Part shown: positions 51,909 through 61,512 of the stretch, in pieces
Position numbering within the stretch: the stretch's first letter is position 1
Layout: every line of letters begins with the position of its first letter
IMG/VR virus record: IMGVR_UViG_3300046115_000059
Coordinates: 1-64,000 of that record
From: a virus
Length of the DNA: 64,000 nt
Direction: 5' to 3' (one strand)
The notes under the pieces: model-generated
The model's database searches: none
What the model was told of the DNA's origin: nothing
The model's input: only the letters and a program-made list of their open reading frames with translations
Made by a program: the position numbers and the translations under genes

Positions 51909-52442
51909 ATGAAATTCATCGTGAATCAAGGACAGCGCATTCCGTATCGGCCAGAAGGGCACGGCGGTGGCACGCTGTTTTACACGGGCGGCGAAATCGT
52001 GGAAGGGCCGACGTGGTGGGCGCGCGAATTCAACGGGCGCATGACACCGCTGGATGATCAGGGCAACAAAATCGATCTGGCGCATATCGAAGCCATGCAG
52101 GCCGATCTGGAAAGTGCCAAGGCGCACGAGCGGGTGACGCTGCTCGAAGACATCATCTCACGTTCGCAGGGCATGATCCGCGATGCGCTCATGCCGGAAC
52201 TCGAAAAAGCCAAAGCCGAAGCGGCTGCGTCGCAGGAGGAGTTTGCGAAAAAGCAAAAACTGCGGCGCACCGGCGAATCGTCCAACGACGATCGTGGCGT
52301 GGATCTCGGCGGGCCGAATGTGGCGACCTTGACCGAAGGCGCGCAGATGCCGGAAGGGTTTGCGGGTGCACCGGCGATGGATCCGGGGATCGATTTGTCG
52401 GGCGCTCGGATCACTCCGGTGCAGTCGCGCGACAAAAAGTAA
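51909..52442 (+). CDS. Hypothetical virion protein
   Basis: SD CAGGAGC upstream. Confidence 0.5.
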   Translation: MKFIVNQGQRIPYRPEGHGGGTLFYTGGEIVEGPTWWAREFNGRMTPLDDQGNKIDLAHIEAMQADLESAKAHERVTLLEDIISRSQGMIRDALMPELEKAKAEAAASQEEFAKKQKLRRTGESSNDDRGVDLGGPNVATLTEGAQMPEGFAGAPAMDPGIDLSGARITPVQSRDKK

Positions 52443-52472
52443 CGGCGTTCGTTTCTCGAAGGGGAGATTACA

Positions 52473-53042
52473 GTGGCGCAGAATGCAGCAAACATTCATG
52501 TCGGACCGGCACGGTTTTTCTTCGGTGTGACGGCACCGGCAACCGGTGCGCCACCGACGCTAATGGCCCATACCGCGGGCGTGCCCGCGTCGGGCACCGA
52601 AGTGGGTCACACGTCTGGTAACAGCGTCGTGACGTTCCAAAACGCCAAGAGCGATATCAATTCCGAGCAAACCTTCGGCGTGATCGCCACGTATGTGACG
52701 GCGCAAACGCTGGAGATTACGCTCACCTTGCAGGAGCGGGTCTATACGATTCTGCAGAAGTTGTTCGAGGGAGTGGGATCGGCCACCGCGGGCGGCTACG
52801 ATCTCTTCTATGGTGGCGGGCCAGTCAGCGTGCCATCGTTTGCGGTGATGCTCAGTTCACCGTTGCGCACCGACAACACAAAATATGAGGTGTTCGTCGG
52901 TTACAAAATGGAACTGGTGTCACCAGTTACGCTCACATATTCGCGCACGGATGTGAGCCTGATCCCGGTCACGCTGCGCGGTGTGCACGATACGACGCGC
53001 ACGGTGGGCGATCAGTTGTTCCAATTCTATCGCGAGAAGTAA
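52473..53042 (+). CDS. Major tail (tube) protein candidate
   Basis: 189 aa, positioned two genes before the tape measure. Confidence 0.55.
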   Translation: MAQNAANIHVGPARFFFGVTAPATGAPPTLMAHTAGVPASGTEVGHTSGNSVVTFQNAKSDINSEQTFGVIATYVTAQTLEITLTLQERVYTILQKLFEGVGSATAGGYDLFYGGGPVSVPSFAVMLSSPLRTDNTKYEVFVGYKMELVSPVTLTYSRTDVSLIPVTLRGVHDTTRTVGDQLFQFYREK

Positions 53043-53141
53043 TCAGCCACGTGCAGGGGCTGCGGGCCAACTGTCTACAGCCCGCTGGGAGCAGTCCCTG
53101 CACATTCGTTCGTCTACGCCGTGCACAGGAGAACGGCGCAC

Positions 53142-53714
53142 ATGGATCTCAAACCAACAACCACTGCTCACGAATTCAAAATGCGGCTGACCGGGTTTCC
53201 GATCACGCTGCCAACCGGGGCGATTGTGCAAAAGCGCGCCGTCGATCTCGTCACGCTCGTGTTGTCGAATGCCTTGCCGTCGAATCTACTGCGCGCGGCC
53301 AGTGATATGGAAACGGTGTTTCTGAACGCGCAGGACAACAAACAGGCGTTCGACGCGATCATGGGAATGTCCGATCAGCAGCGCGACGAAATTCTCTACA
53401 TGCTGCGCCGGTTCGCGGTGGAATGCATCGTTGATCCGCGGTTCTGCATGACCGAGAAGGACGCGCGCACCACGGATCTGGTGCCGGTCAAGGTGCTGAC
53501 GCTCGAAGAGCTGCTGGTGATCTTCAATACCCCATTGCCACGCAATGCGCCGATCGCGATTCCGGATCCGCCTGTGATGGAGGCACAGGAACTCGCCGAG
53601 TTTCGTGCGCCTGACACGACCGACGTTGATTCGGCTGCACGGGATGGCGAAGTGCTACGGGCAGCGGCCGAGCAGCTTACTGACGGCGGGGTGGCCGAAT
53701 TCTCGTTTGGTTAG
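53142..53714 (+). CDS. Tail assembly chaperone candidate
   Basis: Immediately upstream of the tape measure. ATG 53142 follows CACAGGAG, which sits in a hairpin loop. Confidence 0.55.
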   Translation: MDLKPTTTAHEFKMRLTGFPITLPTGAIVQKRAVDLVTLVLSNALPSNLLRAASDMETVFLNAQDNKQAFDAIMGMSDQQRDEILYMLRRFAVECIVDPRFCMTEKDARTTDLVPVKVLTLEELLVIFNTPLPRNAPIAIPDPPVMEAQELAEFRAPDTTDVDSAARDGEVLRAAAEQLTDGGVAEFSFG

Positions 53715-53821
53715 CTGGGGATCCTTTCTACTCGATTTTGATTTCGCGGTGCACGCGATCGGCCTCGACGCAGAGCATAAGACTGTGGCGCCAACGGATC
53801 AGGGGCGTGTGAGTTTCAACG

Positions 53822-56800
53822 ATGGCCGATGAAGTTGTCCTGCGGTTTCGCGGCGACTCGACGGAAGTTGTCAAAGCGGCTAAAGCTGCGGCCGATGCGG
53901 TGCGTGGCTTTGGTGTGCAGGTTCGCCAAACCTCCAAAGATGTTGATCGATCGGTGGATCTGTCCAAGCAACTTGGACAGATGGGCACCGGTTTGAAAAC
54001 CGTCGGTACGACGCTCACAGCATCCGTCACATTGCCGATCGCAGCCGCGTTCGGCATGGCAACCAAAGCGGCGATGAGTTTTGAAACCGCGTTTGCCAAC
54101 GTCAAGAAAACCGTGGGCCGCGACGATCCGACGCTGCCTGCACTCGCCAAAACGTTGCGCGCGCTCGCGCAGGAAATTCCGCAAAGCGTCGAAGCGCTGA
54201 GTCATATCGCTGCGCTGGGCGGCCAGTTTGGTATTGCAGGAAAAGACCTTGCCGGATTCACGCGCACGATCGCGGATCTGGGTGTAGCCGTCGACGGGAT
54301 TTCCACCGAACAGGCGGCGACCGGACTGGCGCAGCTGCGCAACGTCACAGGGGAAACCACCGCAGAAATTTCGAACATGGCGGCCACGCTGGTGGAACTG
54401 GGCAACAAAGGCGCCAGTACCGAAGGACAGATCCTCGATTTTGCGCAGCGCATCGCGGGCAGCGCAAAAATGATCGGGCTCAGCACGCCGGAAATCATGG
54501 GGCTCGGCGCGGCGCTTGCCAACGTCGGGCTGAACGCGGAAGCGGGCGGCACGGCGATGAGCCGCACGATCAGTCAGATGTCCGTTGCCGTCGATAGCGG
54601 TGGCGAAAAACTGGCGGCCTTCGCGCGCATCGCACAAATGAGCGGCGAGGAATTTGCGCGCACGTTCCGCGAGAAACCGATCGACGCGATCAATGCGTTC
54701 ATTGTCGGGTTAGGGAATGCGAAGTCTGCGGGTGAAAATCTCACGCTGCTGCTCGGCGATATTGGGATCGAAGGTGTGCGCCAGATGGACACGTTGAAGC
54801 GCGCGGCGCTCAGCGCAGATCAGCTGACGAACACGATCAAGCTGGCCGGGGCGGCATGGGTGCAAAACACCGCGCATACCGAGGAAGCGCGCGCGAAGTA
54901 TGAAACCACCGCGAACCAATTGAAACTGTTTTGGCAGCGGCTGAATGAAATCGGCATCCTCATGGGTGGGCCGATTATTAAGTCGCTGAACATGATGCTG
55001 CAGTCGCTGGATCCGGTGATCGATGCGCTGAAAAGCATGGCCGAGCAGTTCACACGGTTGCCCGGTGGTGTGCAGGCGACGTTTTTCGGTGCGTTCGGTC
55101 TATTGGCGGTGGCCGGACCGGTGGCGTTCCTAGCGGGCCAGCTGGCGCTGTCAGCGAAGGCGCTGATCGACGTCAAGCGCGCGATGGATGGGGTGCGTGC
55201 GGCGCAGCTCGCGGGCGACGTGTCGCTGCTCGGTGGGGCGTTGACAAAGCTGCCGCTGGTCGGGGTGATCGGGCTGGTGATTGGGCTGGCGGCTGCGGTG
55301 CGCGGGCTGACGAAGGATTGGGGCGAGTGGACGCGTGTGATGGCAGCACCGTCGCTGCATCTGCTCACAGAAGGGCTCGCCGAAGCCCGCAAGATGATCG
55401 GGTGGATCGGGAAATCCACCGCGGACATTGAACGTGAATCCGAAGCGGAAGGCCGCGGCGGGCGGGCGCCACGCACCGCGGCACCGGCAGCGAAGCGCAC
55501 GTGGTCGGAGATTTTTGCCGGTGCGCTGGGCGCCAAGCCGGGCGGCCGGGCGACCGTCTCGACATCGATCGATGTCAATGAATTTGCCACACAGCAAGCC
55601 ATCATTGAGGCACAGCTCGATCACACGCGCGTAGCGGCAACGAAGACCGGACACGCGCTGTCGCTGTTGAAGCAAGCGCAGCAGGCGTATGCCGAGGATC
55701 TGAAAAAGATCGGGGCATCCGGCTTCCGTGAAATCCAGCAGGCGCACGACGTCTACGGCAAGTCGATCGAGGATCTCGCGGTGACCTATGGTGTCAGCGA
55801 ATCATCGATCCATCGCTGGCTGGATCAGGCGAAAGCGGCGGGTAAAACCGCCGAGGAGATTGCAGCCGGGCCGATGAAAAAGCTGGGCGTGCGCATCATT
55901 GAATTGAATGCGCAACTGGCGGCCGCAGAAAAGGAAGGGCCAGCCGCCATGAAAGTGGCACTGGCCGAACTCGACACCGAACTGCGCGACGTCGACGCGC
56001 GCGCGAAAATGTTCGGCACGACGGTGCAGACAAACAGCCCGCTCGGCCGCGGGCTCGTGGCGCTGGGGAAACTCACGCGCGACACGTTCCACGATATTTC
56101 CAAAGACCTCGAACATCTGCCGGGGTTTGCCAAGCCGGGATCCGATCCGGGGATTAAGGAGTTTGAACGCCAACAGGAGAACGCGAATCGACGGATCGAT
56201 CTCGAACGAAAGATTGCCGAACAGGTGCGCGGCATGCAGCAGGATTCGCTGGAGAAACGGCTGCGCGATATCGATCTGGAACGCGACAAGATGGTGCAGT
56301 CGGCGCACGAGCAGGGTGATTTTACGGCCGAAACGCTCGGTATGATCGACGCCTTGCATCGCACGGCCGCGCAGCGCATCACACAGGAATGGATCAAGGC
56401 ACACAAGCGCGCGTTTGATTTGTCGGACACGCTATCGAATCTCTCGAATGCGTTTAGTCAGCTCGCGCAGATCGGTGGACATGGGCTGGACGGACTGCTC
56501 GGTAAAATTTCCGAAATGATTGGCTTGATGAATGTGGCCGCGCAGGCGGGCGCAGCGCTGGCGCAGGTGTTCCGGAAAAAAGATGCCGAAGGCAACGTGA
56601 TTCCGATGGGACAGTCGGGCAGTGGCTTCGATCTGTCCGCGTTTCAGAGTGGCGGCAAGTATACGGCGCTGTCAATTGGCGCCGGAGCAGCACAAGCGGC
56701 GCCGGGCATCGTGTCGGGTATCGGCGCACTGGCATCGGCGACCGACGTGGCAGGCCGAGGCAACCGGATTGGCCGCGGGGCGGTCGCTGGTGCCGCGCTG

Positions 56801-58498
56801 GGTGGTCAATTGGCCGGACCGTATGGGGCGCTGGCCGGGCTCGTGGTCGGGGCGCTGGTGGGCGCACTGCGCAATCCGGCGTTCGAAGATGTGATGAAAC
56901 GGGTCGGGCGGAATCTGGGTGTCACGATCAGCGAAGAGCTGGGGCGCTCGATTGCCGATCGTGCCAAAAAGGAATTCAAAGGCAGCCGCCAAGCGGCGGA
57001 AATCGCCAGCACCGCACAAATCATCGGTGAAGCGGGAGGATTGGACGAAAAAAATATCGAACGATTTTCAGCGCAGCTGCGATCGACGTTCAGCATGATC
57101 GAAACGCACCAGATGACGATCGCGCAGGGCACGAAGGTGCTGGATGAAAACTGGCAAGCCTTTGTGGCCGCTGGCACCAGTGCCAACGGACGGCTGTCGG
57201 CCAGCTTGCGCGAAATCATTACGCTCAATGATCGGTTCGGCACGCAATCGAAAGAGATTGCGTCGTATGTGAAGGAGCAGACCGGGCTGGCGCAGGAATC
57301 CTTCAATGCGGTGATGGCCGCGGTGCCGGACGTGTGGCACACGATCGGCGCGGAAATCAAAGCGGCACAGGATGACATCGATAAGCTGATTAAAGATCGC
57401 ATTGCGAAGGTGGCCGCAGGCGAAGCATTCAACGAGGATCTGCTCGTGGCCGCGCACAAGCGGCTGGCCGACGCGCAGGGGCTACAGGCCAGCGAAGCGG
57501 CGCGCAATAAACAGGAGTTGGAGGATCTCGGGTTTGTCGCGCTCGCCACTTACGGCGCAATGATCGAACGCGGGCACACGCATGCCGAAGCGCTGCGCGC
57601 GGCGGCACCGGGGCTGCAACTGTTGCGCGAAGCCTACGAAAATCTGGGGCTGACGGTCGAGGACGTCGGGTTGAAAGACTTGATGATCCAGCAGCAGATG
57701 CTGGCCGGTGCGCCGCAGTTGATCAACGGTGTGGGGGCGCTCGCGTCCGCGTTTATCGCGCTCGACAATGCAGGCCAGTTGAACGCGGACACGTTCGCGC
57801 GCGTGCAGCGGATTGGCACGACGATGTATACGCGGCTACAGGCGGAAAGCGCCAAGTATGGCGGCACCGCGGAAGAGATGACACGGCGTGCGCTGCTGCC
57901 GATGCAGGACTATCTGCACGAAGCGGCGGAACAGGCGAAGCTGCTGCAGGTGCCGCTGGATGAAAACACGCAAATGCTGATCGATCAGTCGCAGGCGCTG
58001 GGGATCTGGAAGGAAAAAGGCAAGTCTGATACCCAGCAAATGATCGACGTCATGCGTGAACTTACGGGCGAGCTGAAAGAGTTTCTCAGCACGCTGCGCG
58101 GAATTCCCCCGAAGGTGGATACCACGATTACCACACATTATAAAACCGATGGCGAGCCGCAACTAGACGAGGATGGCAATCCGATTCACAGCACCGGGCA
58201 ACCGCTCACAACGATGCCGATCCAAGTGGCGGGGCTGTCGAGCACGGCGGCCGCGGTGGCGAATCTGCCGCGCATGAACACGGTGCCACCGGGCGCACCG
58301 ATGGATCTGCGCACGTCGCAGGCGCCTGCCAATCTCACGTTCGGGAATATCACGTTTCACACCAGTGGCGACGTCGACGGTCCGGGGCTCGTGGATTCAT
58401 TCATTGATACACTGCGTATGGATCCCAATCGGCGCGGCACGATTGAAGTGATCGTGACGGGCAGCAACCGGGCCGACACCTATGGCACTGACCACTGA
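53822..58498 (+). CDS. Tail tape measure protein
   Basis: 1558 aa, helical, with Gly/Ala-rich hydrophobic segments. Canonical position. Confidence 0.9.
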   Translation: MADEVVLRFRGDSTEVVKAAKAAADAVRGFGVQVRQTSKDVDRSVDLSKQLGQMGTGLKTVGTTLTASVTLPIAAAFGMATKAAMSFETAFANVKKTVGRDDPTLPALAKTLRALAQEIPQSVEALSHIAALGGQFGIAGKDLAGFTRTIADLGVAVDGISTEQAATGLAQLRNVTGETTAEISNMAATLVELGNKGASTEGQILDFAQRIAGSAKMIGLSTPEIMGLGAALANVGLNAEAGGTAMSRTISQMSVAVDSGGEKLAAFARIAQMSGEEFARTFREKPIDAINAFIVGLGNAKSAGENLTLLLGDIGIEGVRQMDTLKRAALSADQLTNTIKLAGAAWVQNTAHTEEARAKYETTANQLKLFWQRLNEIGILMGGPIIKSLNMMLQSLDPVIDALKSMAEQFTRLPGGVQATFFGAFGLLAVAGPVAFLAGQLALSAKALIDVKRAMDGVRAAQLAGDVSLLGGALTKLPLVGVIGLVIGLAAAVRGLTKDWGEWTRVMAAPSLHLLTEGLAEARKMIGWIGKSTADIERESEAEGRGGRAPRTAAPAAKRTWSEIFAGALGAKPGGRATVSTSIDVNEFATQQAIIEAQLDHTRVAATKTGHALSLLKQAQQAYAEDLKKIGASGFREIQQAHDVYGKSIEDLAVTYGVSESSIHRWLDQAKAAGKTAEEIAAGPMKKLGVRIIELNAQLAAAEKEGPAAMKVALAELDTELRDVDARAKMFGTTVQTNSPLGRGLVALGKLTRDTFHDISKDLEHLPGFAKPGSDPGIKEFERQQENANRRIDLERKIAEQVRGMQQDSLEKRLRDIDLERDKMVQSAHEQGDFTAETLGMIDALHRTAAQRITQEWIKAHKRAFDLSDTLSNLSNAFSQLAQIGGHGLDGLLGKISEMIGLMNVAAQAGAALAQVFRKKDAEGNVIPMGQSGSGFDLSAFQSGGKYTALSIGAGAAQAAPGIVSGIGALASATDVAGRGNRIGRGAVAGAALGGQLAGPYGALAGLVVGALVGALRNPAFEDVMKRVGRNLGVTISEELGRSIADRAKKEFKGSRQAAEIASTAQIIGEAGGLDEKNIERFSAQLRSTFSMIETHQMTIAQGTKVLDENWQAFVAAGTSANGRLSASLREIITLNDRFGTQSKEIASYVKEQTGLAQESFNAVMAAVPDVWHTIGAEIKAAQDDIDKLIKDRIAKVAAGEAFNEDLLVAAHKRLADAQGLQASEAARNKQELEDLGFVALATYGAMIERGHTHAEALRAAAPGLQLLREAYENLGLTVEDVGLKDLMIQQQMLAGAPQLINGVGALASAFIALDNAGQLNADTFARVQRIGTTMYTRLQAESAKYGGTAEEMTRRALLPMQDYLHEAAEQAKLLQVPLDENTQMLIDQSQALGIWKEKGKSDTQQMIDVMRELTGELKEFLSTLRGIPPKVDTTITTHYKTDGEPQLDEDGNPIHSTGQPLTTMPIQVAGLSSTAAAVANLPRMNTVPPGAPMDLRTSQAPANLTFGNITFHTSGDVDGPGLVDSFIDTLRMDPNRRGTIEVIVTGSNRADTYGTDH

Positions 58499-59315
58499 TA
58501 TCGCGTATGCGCGGCCGAGTGACAACATTGCGAATCTCGGCACGCCGTCTGTGTCGGGCTTGTCGGCCGCGACGCCGATCGGTAATGCCTACGATCTCGA
58601 TCCGGGCTCGGCGGTGGTGTTTACCGGTGCATCACCGTGGTGGATCAAATGGAATTTTGGCGCGCTGGGTGCGTCCTATGCACCGATTCAGTGGCTCGTG
58701 TTTAGCGCCTTTAATTACACGGCGGCCACCGGGCGCACACTGCGCTTTCAGGCGCACGCGACCGATGCGTTCACGACACCGACGATCAATTACCTCGTGC
58801 CTGCGCTACCGGTCGCAACGGCCAGTCCGTTCTTGCAGAATTTTGCCGTGGATCTGACCGGCTTGGCGGGGATTTCGTATCTGGCGACGCACGTGTGGGT
58901 GCGCCTGCTGTTCACGGATTCGGGTGGCAATCCTGTGCCGGTGTTTGGCGATGTGTTTCTAGCGAAGACGCGGCGCCTGCTGCTGAATGTCGAGAATGGT
59001 GTCGAATACGGATCGGCGTATCCGAAGGTGCAGCGTCCGACACCAGCCGGGCGCAAGTTTTCTTATTCGCAAGGCATCCGCGAGCGGTGGATCGAAGGTG
59101 GGCAGCAGTGGTCGGCCGCAGAATGGATCGACGTGGAACTACTCTACGACGATGCGCTGGGCGGGGTGAAACCGTTTCCGATGCAGCGCGTGCAAACCGA
59201 AGAGCCGATGCTCGTGCAATTCGGGCGCGACTCGATCCACACGCGCAGCTATGTGGGCACGCGCAGGCGCGGGCGCGTGCGCTTTGAGGAACTTGTCAAC
59301 GATCGAGTAGCGTAA
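58482..59315 (+). CDS. Distal tail protein candidate (by position)
   Basis: 277-aa ORF directly after the tape measure. Confidence 0.5.
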   Translation: MALTTDIAYARPSDNIANLGTPSVSGLSAATPIGNAYDLDPGSAVVFTGASPWWIKWNFGALGASYAPIQWLVFSAFNYTAATGRTLRFQAHATDAFTTPTINYLVPALPVATASPFLQNFAVDLTGLAGISYLATHVWVRLLFTDSGGNPVPVFGDVFLAKTRRLLLNVENGVEYGSAYPKVQRPTPAGRKFSYSQGIRERWIEGGQQWSAAEWIDVELLYDDALGGVKPFPMQRVQTEEPMLVQFGRDSIHTRSYVGTRRRGRVRFEELVNDRVA

Positions 59316-59319
59316 CGCG

Positions 59320-61512
59320 ATGGCAGTTGCCACGTTCACACGAGCGGCCGCGCGCGCGGGCACGACGACACCGCTGGTCTGGTTGCAATGGGTGGACAGC
59401 GGCGGCACGACGCACTACTGGTCTGATCGTCCTATTGGTGACAATCCTGAAAAGCGGCGCAAAGTGTTGTCGTGGCGCAGCGTGCGTCATTTGCTCAGCA
59501 GCGATAACGGGCAGTTGTCGGGCAATCAGCTCGCAGTGCAGATCGATGACAGCTTGCGCGAGCTGCGCGTGATTGTCGCCACCGAAGCCACGCGCTACGT
59601 GCTCGGCCAGCCGGTGGATCTCTGGGTAACGACGCGCGACGATCGGGCGATCGGCAATACGGCGATGCGCGTGTTCCGTGGCCGCTGGAAACATCCGCAG
59701 CTGAATCCGTCGCGCCTGATCACGCTCACGGCCGAGGATTACATCACGCAATTTTCGGATCCTGCGGTGATGGCGAAGGACATGCCAAAGCGGCGGCTGG
59801 CGTTTGGCGCGCAGTCGAAGCTGGCCGGATTTGGGGAACCGATCATTTATGGCGACGTGAACGCGGTCGGGCTCGGTTCGAATGGCGCCGTGGGTGGAAT
59901 CTACATTGCCGACATCGTGGTGAGCACGCAACTGTATCGGGTGCTCATGATTGCCGGGCATGCGTGCAAAGCGATCACGGAAATTTATTACAACGGCACC
60001 GCGGTGCCACCGAGTTTCTATGGCACCGGTGCCGGGGCATCGATCCTCGCGCCGGGCAAAGCCAATTGGCCGTTTGGCGCTAACAGCTACTTCGATTACA
60101 ACGGGCGACGCTATACCGCGATCGGCGTGCTGGCTGCAGCGTTGAATCCGGATGATGTGCACCGGTTCACCTTCGACGTGCAGGGTATTGAAACGGTGGG
60201 CGATGGAACCGGTGCGCTCATCACCAATTATTTCGATGCGTATCTGCACTTCCTGAAAAATTTCGGGCTGGGCGACTGGCAGACCGGTGCGTGGCTGGCG
60301 GCGCCAACATGGCCGGATGCGTCACCGATGATCGACACGGCATCCTTTGCTGCGGCGCAAGCCGTCACGGTGGTGCGGATGGGCGGCGCAGGCTATCAGG
60401 TGCGCACGGTGATTGGCGCCGATGGCGGGGTGTCGACGCTGCAGGATGTGCTGTCAAGCTGGAATCTGAGCGGTGATTGCCGATCGTATATGTGGGATGG
60501 ACAATTCGGTGTGGTGGTGCCCAATCGCGCGGCCGCGGCCACGCTCACTATCACCGAAGACGAGGATCTACTCGAAGATCCGCCAACATTCACAGCGGAC
60601 GAATCGCAGCACTTCACACACGTGCACGGCTACGGCTGGCCGCATTTTGCGCGGCACGAGCTGCGCGAGAACAAATGGGAAAAGGCCGCGCAGTCGATCA
60701 CGCCTGCGGTGTATCAGCTGGGCACCACGGGCAAACCGTATGCGATCAAGCGCTGGGGCTCGCGGACGTATTGGATGTCGCACGTCGACAGCGCGGCGAA
60801 TGCGTTTGATGAGTGGCTGTGGCGACATCGGCATCCGCCGATCAAGGCAACGTTTCAGATGGCGCTGCCGGGGCTGCACGTGCGGCCGGGCATGTATCTG
60901 AATCTCACGCACCGCGAAGGATCGGCCACATTGATCACGGACATGATCTTTGTCGAAGAGGTAATTTTCGATTTCGATCGCTTGTCCGTGACGGTCAACG
61001 GGCTCGTGCATCTCACCGGATCCATGCTTGATCCGATCACGCGCACCAGCGGCACGATGCCTGCCACCGATACCAGCGTCACGGCGTCGAGCGGTGCTGG
61101 GCTGCCGACTGTGGTTTATATACCGGGACCGAGCGGGCTGTCGCCCGATGTGCGCGATCTGGGCGGCACGCTCACGCAAGGCTTGCGATCGGCGGCCGCG
61201 GTGGCGGTGCCGCAGCGGAAACGCCCGGTCTTGACGGCGGGCGATCGGGTGAATCGATCCAGCGCGATCGTGCGGGCCGAAGTGCGCACCGACAATGTGG
61301 CAACCACGGTGACGCCGGAAGTTTGGAACTCTGTCACGGGCACTTTGATAAAATCAGGGGCAGCGTCCAACAGTCTGACGGGTGCCACGCAGGCGATCGA
61401 TGTCTCCGTGGAGTTTGCCGGGCTGGTTGGCGACATCGTTCCAGAACTTCGGATCAAAGGAAGCAATGCGATCCACGCAATCTATGGGCAAGGTGATTTG
61501 GAGATTCGTTAG
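59320..61512 (+). CDS. Tail tip or hub protein candidate (by position)
   Basis: 730-aa ORF after the distal tail protein position. Confidence 0.5.
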   Translation: MAVATFTRAAARAGTTTPLVWLQWVDSGGTTHYWSDRPIGDNPEKRRKVLSWRSVRHLLSSDNGQLSGNQLAVQIDDSLRELRVIVATEATRYVLGQPVDLWVTTRDDRAIGNTAMRVFRGRWKHPQLNPSRLITLTAEDYITQFSDPAVMAKDMPKRRLAFGAQSKLAGFGEPIIYGDVNAVGLGSNGAVGGIYIADIVVSTQLYRVLMIAGHACKAITEIYYNGTAVPPSFYGTGAGASILAPGKANWPFGANSYFDYNGRRYTAIGVLAAALNPDDVHRFTFDVQGIETVGDGTGALITNYFDAYLHFLKNFGLGDWQTGAWLAAPTWPDASPMIDTASFAAAQAVTVVRMGGAGYQVRTVIGADGGVSTLQDVLSSWNLSGDCRSYMWDGQFGVVVPNRAAAATLTITEDEDLLEDPPTFTADESQHFTHVHGYGWPHFARHELRENKWEKAAQSITPAVYQLGTTGKPYAIKRWGSRTYWMSHVDSAANAFDEWLWRHRHPPIKATFQMALPGLHVRPGMYLNLTHREGSATLITDMIFVEEVIFDFDRLSVTVNGLVHLTGSMLDPITRTSGTMPATDTSVTASSGAGLPTVVYIPGPSGLSPDVRDLGGTLTQGLRSAAAVAVPQRKRPVLTAGDRVNRSSAIVRAEVRTDNVATTVTPEVWNSVTGTLIKSGAASNSLTGATQAIDVSVEFAGLVGDIVPELRIKGSNAIHAIYGQGDLEIR

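Noticed and set aside
53816-60249. Long minus-strand ORFs (for example 53816..54637, 54820..55605, 55802..56430, 56806..57549 and 59296..60249) antisense to the tape measure and tail genes.
   Set aside because: They are Arg/Ala/Ser-rich, lack starts with an SD, and are fully embedded in strongly supported + strand genes. The same applies to the other minus-strand ORFs in the track.
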